Shown here: piece after piece, positions 1-7,788 of the stretch | Layout: every line of letters starts with the position of its first letter | Numbering within the stretch: position 1 is the first letter of the stretch | Source of the DNA: Thainema sp. | Lineage (GTDB): Bacteria > Cyanobacteriota > Cyanobacteriia > Phormidesmidales > Phormidesmidaceae | Assembly: GCA_052168235.1 (NCBI GenBank) | Contig: JBQLZK010000028.1 | Coordinates: 18,827-82,826 of the forward strand | Direction: 5' to 3' | DNA: 64,000 bases | Program-made: the position numbers and the translations under genes | The notes under the pieces: model-generated | What the model was told of the DNA's origin: nothing | Seen by the model: the letters and a program-made list of their open reading frames with translations, nothing else | Databases searched by the model: none

Positions 1-175
1 TGCCCCATAAGGTTGCTAATCCCTATAGAGGAGGAGAAATCTACTCTTGCGACGTTGTCCTTGACTTAGAAGGAAAGCTGAATGCGTATTACTGATACGT
101 GTTTCCCATGCGTGACTCAGTTGCGGTGTTACTGGTGCGATCGCGAGTTAACCATCTCACCGTTTTACGCTGGAA

Positions 176-415
176 CTATTGCTCGGGCAGGAGTTGGCGA
201 CTGTAGCTGTCGGAGCGGAATCCAGGTGTTCTTTCGTTGAAGTCCAGTGCTTTGCCCGTCAAGCTTTCAGACAGGTTTGCAAAAGACTCGGAGCGCCAGT
301 TGCGTTCGTGAATTGGCTTGCTTTGCTCACCGCGAAAATATGCTTGAGAACCGATCAGAGCTACGGCTACCCAACCTGTAACGAAGAGAATCGCAAGAAC
401 AATTAGGTTAATCAT
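176..415 (-). CDS. psb35: Small membrane protein, photosystem II assembly protein Psb35-like
   Basis: 79 aa; N-terminal TM helix followed by GSQAYFRGEQSKPIHERNWRS, a motif I recognise from this cyanobacterial family; AGGAG RBS upstream. Confidence 0.7.
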   Translation of the reverse strand: MINLIVLAILFVTGWVAVALIGSQAYFRGEQSKPIHERNWRSESFANLSESLTGKALDFNERTPGFRSDSYSRQLLPEQ

Positions 416-440
416 GTTGAACTCCTAAGTATCCTGAGCT

Positions 441-479
441 GTTGTAAATTAATGTAACGCTAATATTACAAAATGTCAA
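441..479 (-). promoter_or_regulatory. Sigma70-type promoter of the psb35-like gene with an overlapping HLR1 (RpaB) direct repeat
   Basis: Minus strand TTGACA (479-474), 17 bp spacer, TACATT (456-451); GTTACATT-AA-TTTACAAC (458-441) matches the HLR1 consensus at 15 of 16 positions. Confidence 0.6.
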
Positions 480-943
480 GATAGTTTGCGTGAAACGCGA
501 GTCTATATTAACTACCCATGCAATTTAGGTGCGGCAGGTTAGACTACATACATCAAGCAGTCCGTATGCAGCGTAGATATAGGTGCGATAGTGGCTTTGT
601 TGCCAGCAAAAAATCCTAAGGCTGCTATCAGTCATCTGTTTTCCATTCGTCTCTAGCCGTTCGACTTCTTTTACGACTTACACCTACGACTCACACAGCA
701 TTCACAATTCAAGCAAAATAGCGTTTTGCTGCTGTCCTGGTTATGCTCGCTCCTGGTCAGTGGCAGCCTGTTTCATGACATCGGAATAGCCTACTGTTCA
801 GATCAAGTCAGATCGGATTTGCTTCATATCTGCGTCTGAATGATCTGCTTAACCTATTCTTGATGTTGGTACGGATCAATAAGGATCAAGTGGTGCTGAG
901 ATAAACTGCATTGCGATCGCACTATCCCTGGGAGGAACTATCC

Positions 944-1366
944 ATGGCGACAAAATTAGTCAAGTTACACAAGTCCCACGATCATCAATGGGTTGGAGCT
1001 AATGCTGCAGGGAATACAATCGTTGTGGGCGATCCGGCAAAGGCGACATGGGGACCAATGGAAATGCTACTCGTGGCGCTTGGCTCCTGCGTCGCGCAGT
1101 ACGTCCTCAGTTTGATGCAGGCTAACCCGCAGGCATTTGAAAATTATCAAATCGAAGTTGAAGCCGAGCAGGCTGAAAGCCAACCGCAGCGTTATACCTC
1201 AATTATGGTGCGGCATGTTGCTCAGGGTGAAGATTTGACAGAAGCTGAGTTTCAGCGTGTTGCAGAATTGGCGTTGACGCAATATTGCGCGGTTGCAGCC
1301 AGTTTGAATGCAGAGATTAAAACGGAAGTGGTCATTGAAAGCACCCCTGCACCAGTGGTTTCGTAG
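944..1366 (+). CDS. OsmC/YhfA family protein
   Basis: GPMEMLLVALGSC ... YCAVAASL two-Cys motif; GGAGG RBS before ATG 944. Confidence 0.85.
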   Translation: MATKLVKLHKSHDHQWVGANAAGNTIVVGDPAKATWGPMEMLLVALGSCVAQYVLSLMQANPQAFENYQIEVEAEQAESQPQRYTSIMVRHVAQGEDLTEAEFQRVAELALTQYCAVAASLNAEIKTEVVIESTPAPVVS

Positions 1367-1390
1367 CGCCTGTGTAACGTTAACGTTTTA

Positions 1391-1417
1391 TGAGGGGCTT
1401 GTTGCACAAGCCCCTCA
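1391..1417. terminator. Hairpin between convergent genes
   Basis: TGAGGGGCTTGT-TGC-ACAAGCCCCTCA inverted repeat. Confidence 0.55.
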
Positions 1418-1464
1418 TTGTCTTTGATTGAACATGAGTTTGGCAAAGCTACAAGATAAATGAA

Positions 1465-1511
1465 GTGCGATCGCAGTTCACCAACCCTCGCGGCAAGAAA
1501 GTGCGATCGCA
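1465..1511. repeat. 47-bp double-HIP1 cassette-boundary repeat R1
   Basis: GTGCGATCGCAGTTCACCAACCCTCGCGGCAAGAAAGTGCGATCGCA; similar copies at 2186, 2871 and a partial copy at 3592. Confidence 0.85.
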
Positions 1512-1570
1512 AAAAACTGGGGTTCTGCTGACTGATTTGATAACACAACAGCAAAGGTATTGGCTTCACG

Positions 1571-1903
1571 CTACATCAACACCAGAAGGCTTTCTGTTTC
1601 GCTACGTTCAAACTGAAGGATTGTTTCCAAGTTGTTTCTCAGAATTTGAACAATTTTTGATGTTGGGCAATTGCCGACCCGCAGATAGATAAATTTAGGT
1701 GGATGACCATAGAGTAGACTGCGCTGATGAAAATCAGCATCTTTGGAAACAATCACAAACTCATTTGCCTTTGCGTATTCCCAGATCTCCGCATCCTCTG
1801 TATTAATCAATCCCAAGCTTTTTACATGTTGAGAATTTGGATACAAATCGGTAATTCTTGGAATTATTCGGTCTGATAGATTTTCATCCAGTAGCAGTTT
1901 CAC
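1571..1903 (-). CDS. DUF5615 family PIN-like toxin (VapC45 type), copy 1
   Basis: MKLLLDENLS...D.EIW.YA....VIVSKDADF motif; overlaps the DUF433 stop (GTGA). Confidence 0.9.
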   Translation of the reverse strand: MKLLLDENLSDRIIPRITDLYPNSQHVKSLGLINTEDAEIWEYAKANEFVIVSKDADFHQRSLLYGHPPKFIYLRVGNCPTSKIVQILRNNLETILQFERSETESLLVLM

Positions 1904-2124
1904 AGCGGTGCCACAAATAGCTTTTTCTCACGATCTGCTGCAAATGCAAGGCAAGCTTTAATATCTTCCGAGGTAAGTTCAGAAAAGTCTTCCAGAATTT
2001 CCGTCTCGGTCATTCCACCAGCCAAGTATTCTAGGATGTCATAAACTGTGATTCTCATTCTACGAATACACGGTTTCCCACTGCGCTTTCCAGGCTCAAT
2101 CGTGATGATGTGTTGGTAGTCCAT
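1900..2124 (-). CDS. DUF433 antitoxin (VapB45 type), copy 1
   Basis: GKPCIRRMRITVYDILEYLAGGMT..EILEDF.EL..EDI.ACL.FAA signature. Confidence 0.9.
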   Translation of the reverse strand: MDYQHIITIEPGKRSGKPCIRRMRITVYDILEYLAGGMTETEILEDFSELTSEDIKACLAFAADREKKLFVAPL

Positions 2125-2185
2125 AAGAGCTGGCCAAGAGAAAATAGCTGTCTACATTATGACATTTGGCACTCTTGCTGCTGAG

Positions 2186-2232
2186 TTGCGATCGCAGTTT
2201 GCCAACCCTCGCTGTGAAAAAGTGCGATCGCA
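2186..2232. repeat. 47-bp double-HIP1 cassette-boundary repeat R2
   Basis: TTGCGATCGCAGTTTGCCAACCCTCGCTGTGAAAAAGTGCGATCGCA. Confidence 0.85.
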
Positions 2233-2280
2233 CTAAAAATCTGGATTCTTGCCGATTGCAATGGAGGAACAGCAAGAACA

Positions 2281-2580
2281 TCAGTTGGATTCCTCAAAGA
2301 GAGAAGGAAAATCACGGCGACCACTCACAACTCTTAGGATTTCAATACCATCGTCGAGAATTCTGTAAAAGATGATGTAACCATCTAGCGACAGTCCTCT
2401 GAGTTCAGGACGAATGGTTGCGTAGCTTTTGCCGCTGCTGGGAAATGCTACAAGCTGCTGGCACTTGCGATTGAAAGCACGGAAAAACTTTTCACCCGCT
2501 TCGAGGCTATTTGCGGCAAAGTAATCAGCAATTTCGTTCAGGTCTTGGCTAGCCAGAACGTTGATAACATAGCGACTCAT
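2281..2580 (-). CDS. parE: RelE/ParE family toxin
   Basis: ASQDLNEIADY...FP..G......ELR......YIIFYR....IEILRV.SGRRD ParE pattern; 4-bp overlap with the antitoxin. Confidence 0.85.
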   Translation of the reverse strand: MSRYVINVLASQDLNEIADYFAANSLEAGEKFFRAFNRKCQQLVAFPSSGKSYATIRPELRGLSLDGYIIFYRILDDGIEILRVVSGRRDFPSLFEESN

Positions 2581-2837
2581 TCCTGGTTTGCCTGCTGGAA
2601 GCGCTCCAAAATGCCGTTGACAAACGTTTCGCCATCAACCGGAGCCGTATGCTTTGAGGCTTCAATTGCTGCATCAACCTTTGCCCGAATGTTTTCGACC
2701 CACTCCGCTTCGGAGCGATCGTACTCATCGAGCAACCGCAAAGCAATTTCTAGAACCTCTTCGGCGGAGTGATATTTACCCGCTTGCAGCTTGGTTTGGA
2801 TAAAGCGTTCTTGGTCAGGAGTGAGACTGATACTCAT
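2577..2837 (-). CDS. parD: ParD-like ribbon-helix-helix antitoxin
   Basis: MSISLTPDQERFIQTKLQAGKY.SAEEV..IALRLL (CC2985/ParD-like). Confidence 0.8.
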   Translation of the reverse strand: MSISLTPDQERFIQTKLQAGKYHSAEEVLEIALRLLDEYDRSEAEWVENIRAKVDAAIEASKHTAPVDGETFVNGILERFQQANQE

Positions 2838-2870
2838 ATAAACCTCTTTGCCAAACTACCAATTATTTTA

Positions 2871-2917
2871 GTGCGATCGCAGTTTGCCAATCCTCGCTGT
2901 GAGAAAGTGAGATCGCA
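2871..2917. repeat. 47-bp double-HIP1 cassette-boundary repeat R3
   Basis: GTGCGATCGCAGTTTGCCAATCCTCGCTGTGAGAAAGTGAGATCGCA (second HIP1 has one mismatch). Confidence 0.85.
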
Positions 2918-2976
2918 AAAATCTAGGGTTCTGCTGACTGATTTAATAACACAACAGCAAAGGTATTGGCTTCACG

Positions 2977-3309
2977 CTACATCAACACCAGAAGGCTTTC
3001 TGTTTCGCTACGTTCAAACTGAAGGATTGTTTCCAAGTTGTTTCTCAGAATTTGAACAATTTTTGATGTTGGGCAATTGCCGACCCGCAGATAGATAAAT
3101 TTAGGTGGATGACCATAGAGTAGACTGCGCTGATGAAAATCAGCATCTTTGGAAACAATCACAAACTCATTTGCCTTTGCGTATTCCCAGATCTCCGCAT
3201 CCTCTGTATTAATCAATCCCAAGCTTTTTACATGTTGAGAATTTGGATACAAATCGGTAATTCTTGGAATTATTCGGTCTGATAGATTTTCATCTAGTAG
3301 CAGTTTCAC
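2977..3309 (-). CDS. DUF5615 family PIN-like toxin, copy 2
   Basis: Protein identical to 1571-1903. Confidence 0.9.
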   Translation of the reverse strand: MKLLLDENLSDRIIPRITDLYPNSQHVKSLGLINTEDAEIWEYAKANEFVIVSKDADFHQRSLLYGHPPKFIYLRVGNCPTSKIVQILRNNLETILQFERSETESLLVLM

Positions 3310-3530
3310 AGCGGTGCCACAAATAGCTTTTTCTCACGATCTGCTGCGAATGCAAGGCAGGCTTTAATATCTTCCGAGGTGAGTTCAGAGAAGTCTTCCA
3401 GAATTTCCGCCTCGGTCATTCCACCAGCCAAATATTCTAGGATGTCATAAACTGTGATTCTCATTCTCCGAATACACGGTTTACCACTGCGCTTTCCGGG
3501 TTCAATCGTGATGATGTGTTGGTAGTCCAT
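3306..3530 (-). CDS. DUF433 antitoxin, copy 2
   Basis: One amino-acid difference (T/A) from 1900-2124. Confidence 0.9.
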   Translation of the reverse strand: MDYQHIITIEPGKRSGKPCIRRMRITVYDILEYLAGGMTEAEILEDFSELTSEDIKACLAFAADREKKLFVAPL

Positions 3531-3591
3531 AAGAGCTGGCCAAGAAAGAATAGCTGTCTACATTATTACATCTGGCACTCTTGCTGCTAAG

Positions 3592-3615
3592 GTGCGATCG
3601 CAGTCTGCTAACCCC
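3592..3615. repeat. Partial cassette-boundary repeat R4
   Basis: GTGCGATCGCAGTCTGCTAACCCC resembles the first half of R1-R3. Confidence 0.65.
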
Positions 3616-3657
3616 CAACGAAATATGAGTTACTGTAACATCCGTTGCGCTGAGCAA

Positions 3658-4719
3658 TTAGTGTGCAAACAAGCCAGAGCTTTGAGCATGATAGATATAA
3701 GCAAAACTTGAGTCTCTCAATTTAGCTCGATTATCGGAAACTTTCTTTTGTATGGATAGTGCAGCTTCAATTGAACCTACTAATGCCACACTACCTAAAG
3801 AAGAGCTGAGGGGGATGCTGCTTATACTTGAGACGTAGCGAGCAACTTCTGCTGAAGTCAAGAGAATAGGTAAGCGAGATATCATAAGACCTTTTGCTGA
3901 TCCCATAATTGCAGCGATTCCAAAGCCATCTAAGGCCTTCTTAAGATTTATAACCTCACGTTCAGCTTTTTCCTTGAACTTTACTAGAGTGATAGCAATC
4001 TCTCTGTTTGATACAGCCTGTGATAGTTCATTTTCAAGATCAGAAAACACCTCTCTCAGCGCATACAATTCACTTACATAACGCTGTTTGAATTCTAGGA
4101 TGTCTGAGTAAGAGACGCTCGAAATTGGCAATGGAAGGCAATCAAAAAATCTAATATCTAGGCATGGAATACCATTTATTTCATGCTCACTGCTTTTTCC
4201 AAAAGCAAAATTTTCATCTAAGATATTATCGGTTCCAACTGTCACAAATTGATCATCGCTTAGAGCAATGTGTTTGGCCAATATAGACATCATTACCCTA
4301 GCTGTACGTTGTTCTACATTAAGCCAAGAAGAATCTTTTGTTTCTTTTGCTAAACCATGACGATGCAGATAGGGGAGTATATCATTTGTGACTTTGTCAT
4401 AATGAATCTCAAAATTGAAGTTCCAGTTAATTTTAGATCCTAGTGAATCCTTAAAACTTTTGGAACCCACAATTGATTTCAATTCGTCATTGAATTCTCT
4501 AACTGCTTGCCGTTTATTCTTTAGCCTCTCTGGTGATATGGGACGATATACATCTTTCTCTAAAAGAAAGGCCATATCTGGATCTAATGGTTGTTCCTCG
4601 CTGTAATAAGAATCGCTGGGAACAATAGAGCTTATCTGATCCCAATACAGCAGAGCATGTTTTATCCATGTACTGTTTAAAATATCAATACTTGGGTAAT
4701 AAAGTATTGTTCTATTCAT
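3658..4719 (-). CDS. DUF6236-like hypothetical protein (AT-rich)
   Basis: MNRTILYYP.I......WIK.ALLYWD.I.SIVP N-terminus and P..SVS..DILEFK.RY..EL..LR motif; ATG 4719. Confidence 0.65.
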   Translation of the reverse strand: MNRTILYYPSIDILNSTWIKHALLYWDQISSIVPSDSYYSEEQPLDPDMAFLLEKDVYRPISPERLKNKRQAVREFNDELKSIVGSKSFKDSLGSKINWNFNFEIHYDKVTNDILPYLHRHGLAKETKDSSWLNVEQRTARVMMSILAKHIALSDDQFVTVGTDNILDENFAFGKSSEHEINGIPCLDIRFFDCLPLPISSVSYSDILEFKQRYVSELYALREVFSDLENELSQAVSNREIAITLVKFKEKAEREVINLKKALDGFGIAAIMGSAKGLMISRLPILLTSAEVARYVSSISSIPLSSSLGSVALVGSIEAALSIQKKVSDNRAKLRDSSFAYIYHAQSSGLFAH

Positions 4720-4756
4720 AGTGAGTACTCGCAGACGTGTCGCTGATAACAATCAC
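4712..4756 (-). pseudogene. N-terminal remnant of a DUF3368 PIN toxin
   Basis: GTG overlapping the UPF0175 stop reads MIVISDTSA, the typical DUF3368 start, then diverges and stops. Confidence 0.6.
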
Positions 4757-5001
4757 AATCGTCCCAACTCCTGTAGGTTTTTCAAATCCAGCTCAAAATC
4801 TTCAACATCATAGGAATACAGTGGAATATTTCGCTGCTTCAGCAGTTGGCGAAATTCATTAACTGGCACATCAGCCAAACGGCTAGCATAGCCAAGCGTT
4901 AACCGACCTGTTTGAAAGAAATGTATGGCAATTTCCTGGCGAAACTCGCTGGGTGTAAGCTGAGAAGCTTGCAAAATTTCATCCGAAATAACAACACTCA
5001 T
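4753..5001 (-). CDS. UPF0175 family protein (antitoxin partner of DUF3368)
   Basis: EFRQEIAI.FFQ.GRLTLG.ASRLA.....EF.QLL..RNIPL..YD.EDFE.DL..L. Confidence 0.85.
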   Translation of the reverse strand: MSVVISDEILQASQLTPSEFRQEIAIHFFQTGRLTLGYASRLADVPVNEFRQLLKQRNIPLYSYDVEDFELDLKNLQELGRL

Positions 5002-5064
5002 AAGAGCCACCTGCCTGACACATCTTTAGCGTAACCTAAACAATTTTGATGCCGTGCAATCATC

Positions 5065-6240
5065 TTATAGAGGATTCGTGGCCCAAATTCGTTGCTGGGT
5101 TTTGAGATAGCGTTCGATGGAGTTTCCGGCCATGATGGCCATGTCGCGATTGGTTTTCCAGACGTAATCGATGGGTTCTAGGTAAGCTCGATAAGATGCG
5201 ATCGCATCTTCATGCGTTGCAAAACTGCGATGTAATCCTTCAGATTCCTCGGTGAAACAGCGGCGCATTAGATCTTTAGCGGCGGCATCGTCTAAATCAA
5301 ATACAGGCGAGGTCAAAACCTGATAGATTGTGCCGTAAAGGGCTGGGTCATACCAGAAAATGCCGTTGATGGCGGCTGAAACATGGAAGTGGTCTTTTTG
5401 GCAGCCTTGAATACCGAGATTGGCGACCCAGGTTTCCCATTTCGTCGGTGCAGGTAAGCACTTAACTACCTCATGGGACAAAATGGTCGAGCTGCTGAAG
5501 TGGAAGCTCTCATCCATAAAGTGATAGTAGGAAATCTGGCTGGGAATGGGTGCGTTCTCTGGATCGGGATGCTGCTGGTAGAAGTTGCTCAGCTTGTGCT
5601 GCACCAGCTTGCCGTTGAGCGTTCGCAGTCCCCGCACGGTGAAATACTGACAGGCCAGAAACGTATTATCCGCCGACATTAGGCTAAAGGCGTGGAGCTG
5701 GAGCTTTTTCCAGAACCGCTTGAACCGATTCGTATCGGCAAAAATCATCGTCTCCGTAAACAGCGATCGCATGGGATAAGAAAACACCCGTTGCCCAAAC
5801 AGCGCCAGTTCCACTTGTTCCGAGACGGTTTTGAACGCACTAATATGTGCCCGTTCCTGGTTGGATTCCAAGTCCAGCATGTCGCACACCTGCCGAAAGT
5901 CGTCCTGGGCAAACAGTCCGGCGGCACTGGTCTGATTGAAGTAAATGGTGGCAATTTCGGCGGAGATGATTTGGCTGTAGTACGCCACCCAGTACAGATG
6001 GTTGAGCATTATGCGCTGGCTGCTGCTGGCCTGTTCCCAGACGGGCGTGCCGTAGAGCAGCGAAAACTCTTCAGCCTGCCAATACTGATCGCGACAGTCG
6101 GCATAGTTGAAGCGCTGAGCCGCTTGATCGAGGAGCTGTGTACGATCCTGGGCTTTGTTGCGCCGATAGTTAATTTCAATCTTTTTGCAAAGACGGGGAT
6201 GCTCGGTTAGGGTGTTGGACTGGGGGGGAAGGAGAGGCAT
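5065..6240 (-). CDS. Ferritin-like dimetal-carboxylate protein (AurF N-oxygenase / CylC halogenase-like)
   Basis: SLLYGTP.W...S..QR..LN, AEIAT, QERAH and DESFH (EXXH) metal-ligand motifs. Confidence 0.7.
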   Translation of the reverse strand: MPLLPPQSNTLTEHPRLCKKIEINYRRNKAQDRTQLLDQAAQRFNYADCRDQYWQAEEFSLLYGTPVWEQASSSQRIMLNHLYWVAYYSQIISAEIATIYFNQTSAAGLFAQDDFRQVCDMLDLESNQERAHISAFKTVSEQVELALFGQRVFSYPMRSLFTETMIFADTNRFKRFWKKLQLHAFSLMSADNTFLACQYFTVRGLRTLNGKLVQHKLSNFYQQHPDPENAPIPSQISYYHFMDESFHFSSSTILSHEVVKCLPAPTKWETWVANLGIQGCQKDHFHVSAAINGIFWYDPALYGTIYQVLTSPVFDLDDAAAKDLMRRCFTEESEGLHRSFATHEDAIASYRAYLEPIDYVWKTNRDMAIMAGNSIERYLKTQQRIWATNPL

Positions 6241-6317
6241 GGGCTGTAGAGTGTTTTGAGGCTGTAGATAAAGTAAGGAGTGAAGCGTGAGGCGTAAGGA
6301 CTGAAAGTAAAAGAGAA

Positions 6318-6373
6318 GTAGGCTGCTGTATAACCCTTCAGGTATGGCTACACTAAAGCGAAGCGTAACGCAC
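6318..6373 (+). repeat. About 55-bp dispersed repeat (copy at 37141-37196)
   Basis: GTAGGCTGCTGTATAACCCTTCAGGTATGGCTACACTAAAGCGAAGCGTAACGCAC versus GTAGGGTGCTGTATAGCCCTTCGGGCATGGCTGCGCTAAAGCGAAGCGTAACGCAC. Confidence 0.75.
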
Positions 6374-6582
6374 GGAACAGGGCTGTAGAAGGCTGTAAAG
6401 ATTGAGTTTTTAATTTTGAATATTGCAATGATTCCCTAAACTCAAAACTTAACACTCTTCACTCCTCTCGCCTCTCGCCTCACTCTCCAAGCCGAGAATC
6501 TAAATTGTTGATTATCAGTGGGTGGCTAATAGATATACTGCGCTGAAATAGTGGGTAAAAGGCGTAATAGGAGACAGAAAAG

Positions 6583-6930
6583 ATGGCGGCACTCAGCGGA
6601 CAAAAATGCGTTCCTTGCGAGGGTGGGGTTCCTCCGGCGACGGAGGCGGAAATTGAGGAGATGAAGCAGCAGGTGCCGGATTGGCATATTACTCGTGTGG
6701 ATGGTTCGCCTCGGCTGCATCGGGTGTTCTTTTTCAGTAATTTCCAGAAGGCGATGGAGTTTACGCAGCAGGTGGGTGATGTGGCGGAACAGGAAGGCCA
6801 TCATCCGGTGCTGGTGACGGAGTGGGGTAAGGTGACGGTTACGTGGTGGACGCACGCGATCAATGGTCTACACCAGAACGATTTCATTATGGCTGCGAAA
6901 ACGGATGAGGTGGCACAGCAGTTGAATTAG
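6583..6930 (+). CDS. phhB: Pterin-4-alpha-carbinolamine dehydratase
   Basis: CVPCEGG...F.NF..A..F...V...AE.EGHHP......WG.V.V.WWTH...GL..NDFIMAAK.D. Confidence 0.9.
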   Translation: MAALSGQKCVPCEGGVPPATEAEIEEMKQQVPDWHITRVDGSPRLHRVFFFSNFQKAMEFTQQVGDVAEQEGHHPVLVTEWGKVTVTWWTHAINGLHQNDFIMAAKTDEVAQQLN

Positions 6931-6984
6931 TCTAGAAGGGTATTACTGTCCACTATTGCCCAATCATCCTAGAAGAGGTCGCTA

Positions 6985-7245
6985 ATGACTCAGCAACTGC
7001 TTGATCTAATTCAGCAAGCTGAAGCTCTCTCTATTGAAGATCAGCTTACTTTGATTGCTCACTTAGCTCAGAATATTAAAACCACAACCGATCAAACCAA
7101 ATCGCTTAGAGAAGGCAAATCGCTCTGGCAAATTGCAGATGATTTTGTTGCTGATGTACCCGCAGAAACGCTGTCACAGCTTCCTAGGGATGGCGCTGTA
7201 GAACATGACCACTATATTTACGGCACAGACAGAGTTCAAGCATGA
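6985..7245 (+). CDS. Putative antitoxin of the adjacent PIN toxin
   Basis: C-terminal LP.DGA..HDHYIYG motif; ATGA overlap with vapC. Confidence 0.7.
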   Translation: MTQQLLDLIQQAEALSIEDQLTLIAHLAQNIKTTTDQTKSLREGKSLWQIADDFVADVPAETLSQLPRDGAVEHDHYIYGTDRVQA

Positions 7246-7746
7246 AGTTGCTGTTTGCTGATACCTTCTTCTGGATTGCTTTTCTGAATCCAGCCGACGA
7301 CTGGCATCATCAGGTTCGGCAAACGTTTGCTAGGCTTCAGCCTTGCCAACTGATCACCACCGATGAAGTACTTACAGAGGTTTTAGCTTTCTATTCAAAG
7401 TCGGGGGTACAACTTCGAACAAAAGCTGCGAACCTAGTTCGCGATATTCTGGCCAGTCCTGATGTAGACGTTTATCCTCAATCTCATCAGTCGTTTTTAG
7501 ATGGGTTAACGCTATATGAACAACGGTTGGATAAGGGGTACAGCCTTGCTGACTGCATCTCAATGAATGTCATGAAGCGCCAAAATATTGCTGAAATTCT
7601 CACTCATGATAAACATTAGACTTTATCGGAAATTGTTTTGTAGCGCGGCTTCGCCGCGCTACAAAACAATTTCCAACCCCAAAAACTTTATTTCCAATAA
7701 AGTCTATTTCTCCCAGGAAGGATTCATAATTCTATTCCCCGATTAG
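7242..7746 (+). pseudogene. vapC: VapC/PIN toxin with its 3' end disrupted by a MITE (premature stop at 7617-7619)
   Basis: LFADTFFWIA..N..D..H, T.EVLTE, YSL.DCIS...M, LTHDKH; removing the insert restores ...HDKHFSQEGFIILFPD*. Confidence 0.8.
7618..7705. mobile_element. 88-bp MITE with 16-bp TIRs and 3-bp TSD (ATT)
   Basis: AGACTTTATCGGAAAT ... ATTTCCAATAAAGTCT (15/16 inverted match); internal hairpin TTGTTTTGTAGCGCGGC-TTC-GCCGCGCTACAAAACAA; ATT on both sides. Confidence 0.85.
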
Positions 7747-7788
7747 GAAAAATGCGATCGCACATTCAATTGCTGCACCATCTCATAT

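Noticed and set aside
1465..1692. Plus-strand ORFs 1465-1692 and 2769-3098
   Set aside because: Antisense shadows of the DUF5615 genes; repeated only because of the duplication
1465..3615. CRISPR array interpretation of the R1-R4 repeats
   Set aside because: Intervals are about 700 bp and contain whole genes; no cas genes in the window
3658..4752. Extended TTG start of the DUF6236-like ORF
   Set aside because: The extension overlaps the DUF3368 remnant; ATG 4719 fits the family N-terminus better
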